DNA of 64,000 nt from Longimicrobiales bacterium (GTDB lineage Bacteria > Gemmatimonadota > Gemmatimonadetes > Longimicrobiales > Gaopeijiaceae), in assembly GCA_965204735.1 (NCBI GenBank), contig OZ242008.1, forward strand, positions 1,024,001-1,088,000, read 5' to 3'. The notes under the pieces were generated by a model. It was not told the DNA's origin. It was given only the letters and a program-made list of their open reading frames with translations, and did not search any database. The position numbers and the translations under genes were made by a program. Below, piece after piece: positions 1-12,788 of this stretch. Numbering within the stretch: position 1 is the stretch's first letter; each line of letters opens with the position of its first letter.

Positions 1-1198
1 CCAGCAGCCGGTTGTAGCGGCTGCGACGCACCACCCGCCCAGCCTCGTCCTTCCGGTCGCGACCTTCGTTGCGGAAGTTGTGCGACTCGTCGATCACGAT
101 CAGGTCGAACGCGCCCCAGTTGAACTTCGCCAAGTCGATCGCGTCCGCCCTGCCCTGGTACCGGCTCAAGTCCGTGTGGGCCAGCACGGCGTAGCCGAGC
201 CGGTCCTCGACCAGCGGGTTGTTGTCGTACCCCGCCCACGACGTGTAGCGGACCCAGTTCTCCTTCAGCTTCTTGGGGCAGAGCACCAGCACGCGCTCGT
301 TGCGCATCTCGAAGAACTTCACGACCGCCAAGGCCGTCCACGTCTTCCCCAGCCCCACGCTGTCGGCAAGAATGCACCCGTTGTGCTCGAGCAACCGGTT
401 GATCGCGCTCACCGCGCCGTCCTTCTGAAAGCGGTAGAGCGCCTGCCAAACGGCCGTGTCGTGCAGGTGAACGTCCTGCACAAGTCCGTCTCGATGCCCC
501 CGCTCGTCCACCCTGTCCTTCAGGACGTGAAAGAGCGTCTTGTAGTAGACGAACTCGGGCGAGTAGTCCTTGCCCAGGCGCTCCAGCGCCGCCAGCACTT
601 CCTCTTTCGCATCTCGAGTGAGCCGCTCGTCGTGCCAGAGCGCGTCGAACCACTGAATCAACCGGGTCCGGTCGGCGCCGTCGCGAACCTCCAGGTTGAG
701 CTCGATGTTGGGGTTGGCGCCGAAGCCCAGGCCGCCCCGCGTGAAGTTGGAGCTGCCCACAAGTGCACCGGTGCCGCCGCCGGCGTGCTCGACATGATAC
801 ATCTTGCCGTGCAGAAAGTTGGCCTTGCGCACGGTGCGCACCTCCACCTTCTCCTTGATCCAATCAGCGCACGCGCGCGCAAGCGGCTTCTGCGTCAGTG
901 CGCCGCGCAGCTCCAAGGCGCCGTCGCGAGTCAGGCGGTAGGCCTTGTCCTCTCCCTCCGCCGGGTCCACCGACGCCGCGCCCGCCGGCTGGCCGTAGAG
1001 GAAGCGAAGGCGCCGGAGTCCCTCCAGCTCGGCCCGCAAGTCTCCATAGGCGTAGATCGTGAAGTAGGCCGACACGGCGGAGAGCGCGGCGTCGGCCTGG
1101 AGGCGGCCCCGCAGGAACTCGCCCACGGTGCGCACGCGGTTGTCCACGATGGCGTGCCCGTCGCGAACCGACCCGGTCGACCCCGGTTCCGTGCTCAT
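1..1198 (-). CDS. PLD-nuclease/SNF2-family helicase, N-terminal part (runs off the window)
   Basis: Own translation from ATG 1198 (MSTEPGSTG...). PLD-like LHGKMY...VGSSNFT, Walker A DSVGLGKT, and DExH motif IVIDESHNFR. Absent from the ORF track because it has no stop in the window. Confidence 0.85.
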   Translation of the reverse strand, partial: MSTEPGSTGSVRDGHAIVDNRVRTVGEFLRGRLQADAALSAVSAYFTIYAYGDLRAELEGLRRLRFLYGQPAGAASVDPAEGEDKAYRLTRDGALELRGALTQKPLARACADWIKEKVEVRTVRKANFLHGKMYHVEHAGGGTGALVGSSNFTRGGLGFGANPNIELNLEVRDGADRTRLIQWFDALWHDERLTRDAKEEVLAALERLGKDYSPEFVYYKTLFHVLKDRVDERGHRDGLVQDVHLHDTAVWQALYRFQKDGAVSAINRLLEHNGCILADSVGLGKTWTALAVVKFFEMRNERVLVLCPKKLKENWVRYTSWAGYDNNPLVEDRLGYAVLAHTDLSRYQGRADAIDLAKFNWGAFDLIVIDESHNFRNEGRDRKDEAGRVVRRSRYNRLL

Positions 1199-1311
1199 CG
1201 GTCCAAGCTACCCGCTTCCCGTCTGCCATGCAACGCACGGCGGCCCGTCGGAGGTGGACCTGGAAGCTCTCTTCGCGGAGACGGAGACCCGGCCCTGAGA
1301 CTGGCCTCTCA

Positions 1312-1541
1312 AAATGCTCGCCGTTCCCGTTCTCCCGAGCATTTCCGCGCAATGAGCCCCCGAAATGCTCGCGAGTCCACGTCTTCCGAACATTTCCCCG
1401 GAAAATCGGCGTTTTCTGCAAGGAAGCTCGCCCGGCAAGGACCTTCGGATTCCCCAGAAATGCTCGCTGCTCCCGTTCTTCCGATCATTTCCGCGCAATA
1501 GACGTCAGAAATGATCGCGGACCCGGAGGTCCCCATCATTT
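1312..1541. repeat. Array of four imperfect palindromes AAATGCTCG-N15-CGAGCATTT
   Basis: Units at 1312-1344, 1363-1395, 1458-1490 and 1509-1541. The period is 51 bp within each pair and 146 bp between pairs. Confidence 0.85.
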
Positions 1542-1608
1542 GCCGGGGATGCCGCTGACGGCAGAGTCCGCCATTCTGATGTCAGCAGCTTCGCTGTCAT
1601 CCGATTTG

Positions 1609-1637
1609 TTGACAATGAACCAAGACACGGCTATCCT
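1609..1637 (+). promoter_or_regulatory. sigma70-type promoter for the ATPase pair
   Basis: TTGACA (1609-1614), 17 bp, TATCCT (1632-1637), about 80 bp upstream of ATG 1719. Confidence 0.6.
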
Positions 1638-1718
1638 TCTGATTCACGGCAGTTCTGGTCCGGCTCACGGCCGAGCTGGCTCCCAGCGAGACTGACCCTG
1701 CCCAAGGCGAATCCACCA

Positions 1719-2953
1719 ATGAAGTCATCCACTGGCCGCTGGGTAACCGGCGACAACTTCTTCGATCGGACCGACGAGCTGGATCAGCTGGAGGCGTTGG
1801 TCCGGGAGGGCAATCACGTCTCCTCACCGGTCAGCGACGGATCGGCAAGACCAGCGTGGCCCGAGAGCTGGCCGCTCGGCTCGAGCGCGATCGGTGGAAG
1901 GTGATCTTCACCAGCATAGAAGGCTCAAGAGACGAGGAGGATGTGATCACCTCCATGGCTTCGGCGGCCCACGGCTTGATTCCCACTTGGTCGCGATTGG
2001 CGAAGCAGATGAGCCGATGGATCGGCGAACAGAGCGGCAAGATCAAGGAGATCGGCGCACGCGACTTCCACGTCAGGCTTCGCGCCAGGACTACCAAGGA
2101 TACTTGGCGACGCCAGGGCCACGAACTCGTGACGGCGTGCGCAGATCACTCCACCCCCGTCCTCCTGGTCGTAGACGAACTTCCGATCTTCCTGGCCAAA
2201 CTCCTCCAACGCGACCACGGCACCGAACGAGTGGACGGCTTCCTCACTTGGTTGCGCGAGGCGTTTCAGCTGGTCGAGAGACGCTCGCCCGCGTTGCTTG
2301 TTTCGGGAAGCATCGGGTTGGCTCCGCTGGTGCGCAGGCTACGCATCCCAGACCGAATCAACTATCTTCACACCGTGCGCCTGGGGCCGTGGAGCCGCGA
2401 AGTCAGCGTGGAGTGCTTGCACGCTCTCGCAGCCGAATACGACCTGCGGATGGAGGACCGAGCGGCAGACGCCTTGTACGACCGGCTGGGGATCGGCATT
2501 CCGCAGCACGTCCAGTCGTTCTTTGCGCGACTACGGCATTTCCCCGCCACGAGAGCGAAAGGAAGAGTTGCGATTGCCGATGTGGATGCGGTATATCGTA
2601 CGGAAATGCTCGGACCGGTTGGGCAAGACGAGCTGTCCCACTACGAGACGCGCCTACGGGAGGCGTTGGCGGACGAAACAAGCCACGAGATAGCAAGCAC
2701 GATCCTCGCTGAGACGGCTGCCACGGGAGCGTTTGTCGCCGGCTCTCGCAGTGCGCTCGAACGCTTGTACTCGAACCGGGTGGACGACGTGGCCGCTCGC
2801 ATCAGTGATGTTCTGGACATCCTGGTCCACGACGGCTACCTGGAGCACAGTACCGAGGGCCATCGCTTCTTGTCCAACTGGCTGAAGGACTGGTGGTCCA
2901 TGCGCTCGCGGGAATGCTACGTGACACTGGAACGCCGCAGGATTGGGTATTAG
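1719..2953 (+). CDS. P-loop/AAA (STAND-related) ATPase with C-terminal winged helix; 1-bp frameshift near 1820
   Basis: Starts MKSSTGRWVTGDNFFDR...GNHV. Restoring one C in gtctcctc gives LLTGQRRIGKTS (Walker A), which joins ORF 1856-2953 with Walker B LLVVDE. Confidence 0.8.
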
Positions 2954-2955
2954 CG

Positions 2956-5586
2956 ATGTCTGCCGTCGAGCGCACGATTCGGAAGTTCAACCCGGGAACG
3001 TTTCAGTCCGACCAGGATGTGATGGAGCAGTTCGTCGTGCGAAACCACGACCTGGCCCTGGCGCTGGAGGTTCTGCGCGACAACATCGACGCTCCCTCCT
3101 GCCAGCATGTCTTGGTCCTCGCCCCTCGTGGGCGCGGGAAGACAATGCTGCTCGCTCGGGTTGCCGCCGAGCTTCGCACGAACGCCGCGTACTCCGAAAA
3201 GCTCCTGCCCGTGCGGTTCATGGAAGAGTGCCATGAGGTGTTTGACATCGCGGATTTCTGGCTGGAGGCCCTCTACTACCTGGCCAAGGAATGCGCATCG
3301 CATACACCTGAACTGGCACGTGAGCTTGCAGGCGCGCACGGCTCCTTGGCCAGCGAGTGGCGGGATCCCAGGCTGCGCGACCGGGCTCGGGCGACCGTAC
3401 TTGATGCGGCCGACAGGATCGGAAAGCAGTTGGTCCTGATGGTCGAGAACCTCCAATCTCTGTGCTCGCATACCGGCGAAGACTTCGGCTGGGAACTCCG
3501 GGAAACTCTGCAAATGGAGCCTGGGGTGATGCTCTTCGGTACTGCGACAACTCGATTTGCAGCGTTGGACGATGCGCGCGAGGCGTTCTTCGAGTTGTTT
3601 CGAGAGATCACATTGGGTCCGCTCGACACGGAAGAATGCGGCCGACTCTGGCAGGCCGTGACCGGCGAGCAGGTCGAGCATCATCAAGCGCGACCCTTGG
3701 AAGTACTGACTGGCGGGAGCCCGCGCCTCTTGGTCCTCGTGGCGGACTTCGCCAGCCACCGCTCGTTTCGCCAGTTGCTGGAGGAGCTGGTCACCCTGAT
3801 CGACGACCACACAGAGTACTTTCGCGGTCATCTGGAGGCGCTTCCCAGGACTGAGCGCCGCGTGTACCTGGCGACGATCAGCCTGTGGCGGCCGTCGTCC
3901 ACGAGCGAGATCGCCGCTCGCGCCCGCATGGGAGTCCGAAACACCTCTTCCATGCTTGGCCGGTTGGTCGACCGCGGCGCCCTAAGCGTGCAGGGAACGG
4001 CGAGGAAGAGGCGTTACGCTGCGGCGGAACGCCTGTACTGCATCTACTACAAGCTTCGGCGCGAGCGAGACGAGGCGGCCGTCGTGCAGAGCCTGATTCG
4101 GTTCATGTCTCTGTATTACAACGGCAGCCGCACGGCGAAGGAGATGCGTCTGGCTCTGGCCGACGAGGTCGAGAAAAATCCCAACGTGCTGGCTGGCATG
4201 ATTCGAGCGTTGCAAAAAGACTTCAACGTCGGCCTCCTTGATCCCGAGGCGGCCGTCGTTGCGTACGACAAGATGATCGACGACCAGGTCGGACAGTCCG
4301 ATCCCGACAGCCAGGGCGCTGTGGCCCGCATTATGTCGAACAAGGCGGCGATGTTGTTTCACGCTGGCAACGCTCAGGGTGGTCGCATCGCCTACGACCA
4401 ACTCGTCGCACAATTCGGACAGAGCAGTGCACCAGAGATACGGGCGACCGTAGCCAGGGCGTCTTTCAACTTGGGGCTGGCGATGCAGAAATCCAACGAC
4501 TTGGAGGCAGCGATCAACGCATATGAGGACGTCGAAGCCCGATGCGGCCGCCTAGATGTCGTATTGCAGCACGACAGCGCCGCTTCCGTGTCGATGAGCG
4601 AAATCGTCGTGCAGGCTCTCTCGAACAAGGCTGGTGTCCTTATTCTGCGAGGAAAGGAAGAATCGGCTATGTCGATCTACGACGACATCGCTCGATACAT
4701 ACGGGACGCGAAGGCGTCGAAACTGCGTGTGCACATGGCGAGAGCCCTCGTCAACAAGGGCAGCATGCAGGCAGAGCTCGGCCTCTGGCCAGACGCGGTG
4801 GAGACGTGGAATCAGGTAGAGCGAGAGTTTCGCAACGACGATGGAGCAGCGGTTCAGCTCGAGGTTGCGCGGGCGTTGCATCGCATGTCTGCGTCTCAAC
4901 TGGTGCTACCCGGCGGATCGGCGGAATCGGCAATCAGGATCAGCGATCAAGTTGTCGTTCGATTTGGAAAGCGCTCGGACTTGGAGATGCGGACAGTGCT
5001 CGCGGAGTGTCTCGATGTGAAGGGCTCTGCGCTGGAAAGGCTGGGGCGCAAGCCAGAAGCACTTGACGTGTATCGTGATATGGAAACGAAGTTCGGGGAC
5101 GTCGTCGACTCTTCCGGAACGTCGGTCAGATGGGAGTCGATTTCGGCGCAGACCCGCATCCTGTACGAGACCGGCGACGTCGTAGCAGCACGGCAATCCC
5201 TCCAGACACTGTGTACGGCGACCGACACGACAAGCGACAGGAACGTCGTCGACATGTATGTGCTGGCGGTCACTCTTGCCGCTTCCGATCTCGTGAGCCC
5301 GGGCGAGCTGGCGGATGCGCTGGCGGCGGATCCTCAGATGGCAGCGACGTTCCAGCCCCTTCTGGTCGCCCTGCGTCGGCTGGCCGGGCAGCCGGTGCGC
5401 GCTCCGATTGAAGTGACGGAGGTCGCGCGGGACATCCGGGAGGAGATAGAAGGGCTGAAGGCCGTGCTGCGCGACGTGCGGGCGGGTACGGCCGAACCGT
5501 CCTCGCTGAACCGGTCGCTTGCCGAGAACCTGCCTCGCCTCGCCGTCCGTGCGCGCGGCCTTGCTCCCGAGCCGCCGGAAGCCTAA
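2956..5586 (+). CDS. STAND-like NTPase + winged HTH + TPR-like repeats
   Basis: ATG 2956, 2 bp after the previous stop. Walker A APRGRGKT, atypical Walker B LVLMVENL, TGGSPR (GxP), HTH TSEIAARARMGVRNTSSMLGRLVDRG, and repeated A-x-A-L-x-N-K-G/A helical units. Confidence 0.8.
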   Translation: MSAVERTIRKFNPGTFQSDQDVMEQFVVRNHDLALALEVLRDNIDAPSCQHVLVLAPRGRGKTMLLARVAAELRTNAAYSEKLLPVRFMEECHEVFDIADFWLEALYYLAKECASHTPELARELAGAHGSLASEWRDPRLRDRARATVLDAADRIGKQLVLMVENLQSLCSHTGEDFGWELRETLQMEPGVMLFGTATTRFAALDDAREAFFELFREITLGPLDTEECGRLWQAVTGEQVEHHQARPLEVLTGGSPRLLVLVADFASHRSFRQLLEELVTLIDDHTEYFRGHLEALPRTERRVYLATISLWRPSSTSEIAARARMGVRNTSSMLGRLVDRGALSVQGTARKRRYAAAERLYCIYYKLRRERDEAAVVQSLIRFMSLYYNGSRTAKEMRLALADEVEKNPNVLAGMIRALQKDFNVGLLDPEAAVVAYDKMIDDQVGQSDPDSQGAVARIMSNKAAMLFHAGNAQGGRIAYDQLVAQFGQSSAPEIRATVARASFNLGLAMQKSNDLEAAINAYEDVEARCGRLDVVLQHDSAASVSMSEIVVQALSNKAGVLILRGKEESAMSIYDDIARYIRDAKASKLRVHMARALVNKGSMQAELGLWPDAVETWNQVEREFRNDDGAAVQLEVARALHRMSASQLVLPGGSAESAIRISDQVVVRFGKRSDLEMRTVLAECLDVKGSALERLGRKPEALDVYRDMETKFGDVVDSSGTSVRWESISAQTRILYETGDVVAARQSLQTLCTATDTTSDRNVVDMYVLAVTLAASDLVSPGELADALAADPQMAATFQPLLVALRRLAGQPVRAPIEVTEVARDIREEIEGLKAVLRDVRAGTAEPSSLNRSLAENLPRLAVRARGLAPEPPEA

Positions 5587-5596
5587 CGTCGCCTTC

Positions 5597-6439
5597 ATGA
5601 ACAAGTTGTCGCGCCGGGACGGAGGGCTCGCGCAGCCGGCGCCAAGGATCGCTGTCCGTTCGGTCGAGGACATGGAAGGGTTCCGGGCCTGCGTCGAGCT
5701 TCAGCGCGGAACGTGGGGCCGGACGTTTTCGGAGGTGGTGCCGGCGAGCATGTTGCAGATCACGTCCAAGATGGGAGGCGTGACGTTGGGCGCCTTCGAC
5801 GGCGACGGCGGGCTGGTCGGCTTCGTCTACGGGATCACCGGCTTTCGCCACGGGGCGCCGGCCCACTGGTCCCACATGCTGGCGGTGCGGCCGGAGGCGA
5901 GGAACATGGGCGTCGGCCGACGCCTCAAGCTGGGCCAGAAGGAGGCGCTCCTGGCCGCCGGCGTGAAGACGATGTACTGGACCTTCGACCCCCTGGTCTC
6001 GCGCAACGCCCACCTCAACCTGAACCGGCTGGGGGCCCAAGTCGCCGAGTACGTCCCGGAGATGTACGGCGCCTCGGACAGCGACCTGCACGACCTGGGA
6101 ACCGACCGGTTCGTCGTCGAATGGCGGCTGGACGAGGAGCGGAGCGCAGTCGAGCGCGCCGACGCGACAGACACGTCGGGCGCCGGACCGGCGACGGCCG
6201 TCTCCAGCCCTGGATCGGCGCCGGCCCGGACGCTTCCCCCCGACGCCGTCGAAGTCCCGATCCCCGCCGACATCGAGGCCGTGAAGCGCCGATCCATGGA
6301 AGAAGCCACGGAGTGGCGGGCATCGACCCGGCAAGCGTTCACCCGCCTGCTGGCGGAAGGTCGCAAGGTCTGCGCCTTCGTCCCCGGCGCCGAGCAGTCC
6401 AAGTACGTAGTCGCCCCCAAAGGAGTCCAGCCGAAATGA
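5597..6439 (+). CDS. GNAT-superfamily acetyltransferase
   Basis: HWSHMLAVRPEARNMGVGRRLK acetyl-CoA motif and WTFDPLVSRNAHLN. Confidence 0.8.
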   Translation: MNKLSRRDGGLAQPAPRIAVRSVEDMEGFRACVELQRGTWGRTFSEVVPASMLQITSKMGGVTLGAFDGDGGLVGFVYGITGFRHGAPAHWSHMLAVRPEARNMGVGRRLKLGQKEALLAAGVKTMYWTFDPLVSRNAHLNLNRLGAQVAEYVPEMYGASDSDLHDLGTDRFVVEWRLDEERSAVERADATDTSGAGPATAVSSPGSAPARTLPPDAVEVPIPADIEAVKRRSMEEATEWRASTRQAFTRLLAEGRKVCAFVPGAEQSKYVVAPKGVQPK

Positions 6440-8592
6440 AGCCCCCGCAAACGACCGCTCACCCCCTTCTCGCCGCGTTCGCCGTCCTCGCACTCGGCCC
6501 ATCCCTCGCGACGCCGACCCCGGCCGCCTCCCAGCAGGACCCGGACCTCCTCACCGCCCACGACGTCTTCGACCTGGAGTACGTGGCGGACCCGCAGATC
6601 TCCCCCGACGGCGAGCGGATCGTCTTCGTTCGCCGATGGGCCGACGTGAACACGGACCGGCGCTACTCGAACCTGTGGATCATGGACCGGGACGGCGACG
6701 ACCAGCGGCCCCTCACCACGGGCAAGAGGCGCGACAGCTGGCCTCGGTGGTCGCCCAGCGGGGACCGGCTCCTGTACCTCTCCGACGCCGTCGGCCCGGG
6801 AGCAGAAGGTCCCGCGGCCGGCGCTGGCGGCCCGCCTCAGCTCCACGTCCGGTGGATGGACAGCGGCCACACGACCCGCCTCACCGACACGCCCCGCGGC
6901 CCCCGGGTCCCGTCGTGGTCGCCCGACGGCTCGACGATCGCGTTCTCGGCGTTCGTGCCCGATCCCGGACTTCAGCTGATCGCCATGCCCGAGCCGCCGG
7001 AGGGCGCCGAGTGGGCCGAGCCGGCACGGGTCATCGACGAGCTTGTGCACCGCTTCGACGGCGCGGGAGACCTGGAGCACGGCCATACCCACGTCTTCGT
7101 CCTGCCCGCGTCGGGCGGAACGCCTCGGCAGATCACCAGCGGCGACTTCCACCACGGAGGATACGTGGGACGGGCGGGAAGCGGGCGGCCCGTGTGGTCC
7201 GCCGACGGCCGGTCGGTGCTGATCTCGGCCAACCGTCACGCCGACTGGGAGCTGGAGAACCGCAACACCGAGGTGTACGAGGCGACGCTGGACGGCCGCA
7301 TCCGCGCCCTCACCGACCGCAAGGGGCCAGACGGGGGCGTGGCCGCCTCTCCGGACGGACGATGGATCGCGTACACGGGCTTCGACGACCGCTACCAGGG
7401 GTATCAGGTCGCCGGGCTCTGGCTGGCCGAAAGGGACGGGTCGGGCGCGCGGGCGGTGGCGGCGCAGCTGGACCGAAGCGTGGGCGGACTGACGTGGTCG
7501 GCGGACTCGGAGCGGCTGTACTTCAGCTACGCGGACCAGGGCAACACCAAGGTCGCCTACGTGGAGCCGGGCCGCTCCGGAGACGGGGCCGACGAGGTGC
7601 ACGTGGTGGCCGGCAACATGGGCGGCACCGGGTCGGCCTACGGCGGCGGAAGCTTCTCGGTGGGTCCCCGGGGGACGGTCGCGTACACGTACTCGACGCC
7701 TTCGATCCTCAGCGAGATCGCGGTGGCGGGCGGAGGCGGCTCGGCCGAAGGCGAATCCCGCGTCCTCACCGCGGTCAACGACGACGTGCTGGGGTACAAA
7801 ACCCTGGGCGAAGTGGAAGAGCTGTGGTGGCCCTCGTCCCACGACGGACGGCAGATCCACGGCTGGGTCGTCAAGCCGCCGGGGTTCGACCCGTCGCGGC
7901 GCTACCCGCTGATCCTGGAGATTCACGGCGGCCCCTTCGCCAACTACGGAGACCGCTTCGACGTGGAGAAGCAGGCGATGGCCTCGGCGGGCTACGTGGT
8001 GCTGTACACCAACCCGCGAGGCAGCACCTCCTACGGCGAAGAGTTCGGCAACCTGATCCACCACGTCTACCCCGAGAACGACTACTACGACTTGGACTCG
8101 GGCGTGGACGCCGTGCTCGAGCTGGGCTACGTGGACCCGGACCGCCTCTTCATCACCGGCGGAAGCGGGGGCGGCGTCCTCTCCTCGTGGACGATCGGCA
8201 AGACGGACCGCTACAAGGCGGCGGCGGTGCTGTACCCGGTGATCAACTGGTACAGCTTCGCGGTGTCGTCGGACATACCGATCACGGTGGCCAAGTACTG
8301 GTTCCGCGCGATGCCTTGGGAAGACCCGGAGCACTACCTTTCGCGCTCGCCGATCTCCCTGGTCGGCAACGTGACCACGCCCACGATGGTGATGACGGGC
8401 GTGGAGGACTACCGCACGCCCATGTCCGAGTCGGACCAGTACTACCAGGCCCTCAAGCTGCGGGGCGTGGACGCGGCGCTGGTCAAGGTGCCGGGCGAGC
8501 CCCACGGCATCCGGGTGCGCCCCAGCCACTTCATGCAGAAGATCATGTACATCCTGGGCTGGTTCGACCGGTACCGGACCGGAATCTCGTAG
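6436..8592 (+). CDS. S9 family peptidase (acylaminoacyl/dipeptidyl peptidase) with signal peptide
   Basis: WSP beta-propeller repeats, IHGGP, nucleophile GGSGGG, Asp in EDYRTP and His in EPHGI. Confidence 0.92.
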   Translation: MKPPQTTAHPLLAAFAVLALGPSLATPTPAASQQDPDLLTAHDVFDLEYVADPQISPDGERIVFVRRWADVNTDRRYSNLWIMDRDGDDQRPLTTGKRRDSWPRWSPSGDRLLYLSDAVGPGAEGPAAGAGGPPQLHVRWMDSGHTTRLTDTPRGPRVPSWSPDGSTIAFSAFVPDPGLQLIAMPEPPEGAEWAEPARVIDELVHRFDGAGDLEHGHTHVFVLPASGGTPRQITSGDFHHGGYVGRAGSGRPVWSADGRSVLISANRHADWELENRNTEVYEATLDGRIRALTDRKGPDGGVAASPDGRWIAYTGFDDRYQGYQVAGLWLAERDGSGARAVAAQLDRSVGGLTWSADSERLYFSYADQGNTKVAYVEPGRSGDGADEVHVVAGNMGGTGSAYGGGSFSVGPRGTVAYTYSTPSILSEIAVAGGGGSAEGESRVLTAVNDDVLGYKTLGEVEELWWPSSHDGRQIHGWVVKPPGFDPSRRYPLILEIHGGPFANYGDRFDVEKQAMASAGYVVLYTNPRGSTSYGEEFGNLIHHVYPENDYYDLDSGVDAVLELGYVDPDRLFITGGSGGGVLSSWTIGKTDRYKAAAVLYPVINWYSFAVSSDIPITVAKYWFRAMPWEDPEHYLSRSPISLVGNVTTPTMVMTGVEDYRTPMSESDQYYQALKLRGVDAALVKVPGEPHGIRVRPSHFMQKIMYILGWFDRYRTGIS

Positions 8593-8610
8593 GCGGGAAG
8601 GGGCCCTTGC

Positions 8611-8720
8611 CGGAGCTCGAGCGCCGGAACCGAGGCCGACCGCTACGCCAGCCCAAGTCCCGTCGCGGGCGATAGCCGTCCAGCGGAGCTCGAGCGCCGG
8701 CACCGAGGCCGACCGCTACG
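8611..8720. repeat. 37-bp direct repeat, two copies, 36-bp spacer
   Basis: CGGAGCTCGAGCGCCGG(A/C)ACCGAGGCCGACCGCTACG at 8611-8647 and 8684-8720. Confidence 0.85.
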
Positions 8721-9138
8721 GGTCGCCGCGAGCGTCGTCGCCGAGCCGCTCTTTCGCTCGCCGGACGAAGGCTTCCGCGCTCTCCACCGCCTCTCGCGCC
8801 TGCTGCTCGGTGAAGGACCTGAAGGGCACCCCTCCCGGCAGTCCGTTGGGGTAGCGGGAGGGGACGTAGTAGAGGTCCAGCACGCTCGCCGAACCCCGGA
8901 GGTCGGCCAACTCCGGCGCCTTGCCCGCGTAGCGGTCCACCAGCACGGTCACCGAATGCCCGAGGATCGTTCGGTCGCCCAGGTGGTACCCGATTGACTT
9001 GACGGCCTTCTCGGCGGCCTGCTGGGCGATGAAGCAGGCCTGGTGGTAGTACGCTTCGCGAAGCGCGAGACGGGCGAAGCCGAGATCGTTATCCGCCTGG
9101 AGCCACCACCGCCGCGCCTCGGCGGCGCCGTCCCACAT
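8716..9138 (-). CDS. HEPN domain protein (MNT-HEPN pair)
   Basis: ACFIAQQAAEKAVK, GHSV and YVPSRYPN motifs typical of the COG2250-type HEPN family. Confidence 0.88.
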   Translation of the reverse strand: MWDGAAEARRWWLQADNDLGFARLALREAYYHQACFIAQQAAEKAVKSIGYHLGDRTILGHSVTVLVDRYAGKAPELADLRGSASVLDLYYVPSRYPNGLPGGVPFRSFTEQQAREAVESAEAFVRRAKERLGDDARGDP

Positions 9139-9146
9139 GGGCGACG

Positions 9147-9484
9147 CTATCCTGCCTCGGCGGCGCTGCCCGCACCGCTCTGCTTCCAGCGAATGGGCTT
9201 GGCCGTGGCCAGAGCGTCCACGAGAAAGGGCCGCGCTTCGGCCTTGAGGCGCTCGAACTCCTCCGGCGTGTAGACCAGAAGGTCGACGCCCCCGCCTGCG
9301 GCGAGCACCGCCGGCAGGTAGTCCTTGGGGCGTTCCACGACGGGCCGGTCGCTGGGCGCCACGACGATCACGTCGATGTCGCTCTCCGGTCCGGCGGCAC
9401 CGGTGGCTTGGGAGCCGAACACCCAGGCGGCCACCGCTCCGTTCCTGGCCAGAAGGGGACGCAGGGCCGCCAGGAACGCCTCCA

Positions 9485-9485
<1 letters not shown>
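9147..9485 (-). CDS. Minimal nucleotidyltransferase (MNT)
   Basis: VFGSQATG...SDIDVIVV...VDLLVYTPEE. Its ATG overlaps the sucA stop (TGATG). Confidence 0.88.
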
Positions 9486-12628
<3,143 letters not shown>

Positions 12629-12788
12629 GACTTGCCGCTGCTTGCGTGGCCGGGGCGCCTGCGTGGCCGGCAGAGGGTCGGCGCGGGCCGTGGACGCCTT
12701 CTATAATTCGACGATCTTTCTGCGTCGTGGCAACCCTTCCCCCGACCAGCCTTCCCGCAATGGACATCGCGATGCGGCGGTGCGCTTG

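Noticed and set aside
80..1501. 473-aa plus-strand ORF
   Set aside because: Antisense shadow of the PLD-SNF2 helicase, with no motifs of its own.
8611..8720. CRISPR array
   Set aside because: Only two repeats, no cas genes, no AT-rich leader and no typical repeat end. Kept only as a direct repeat.
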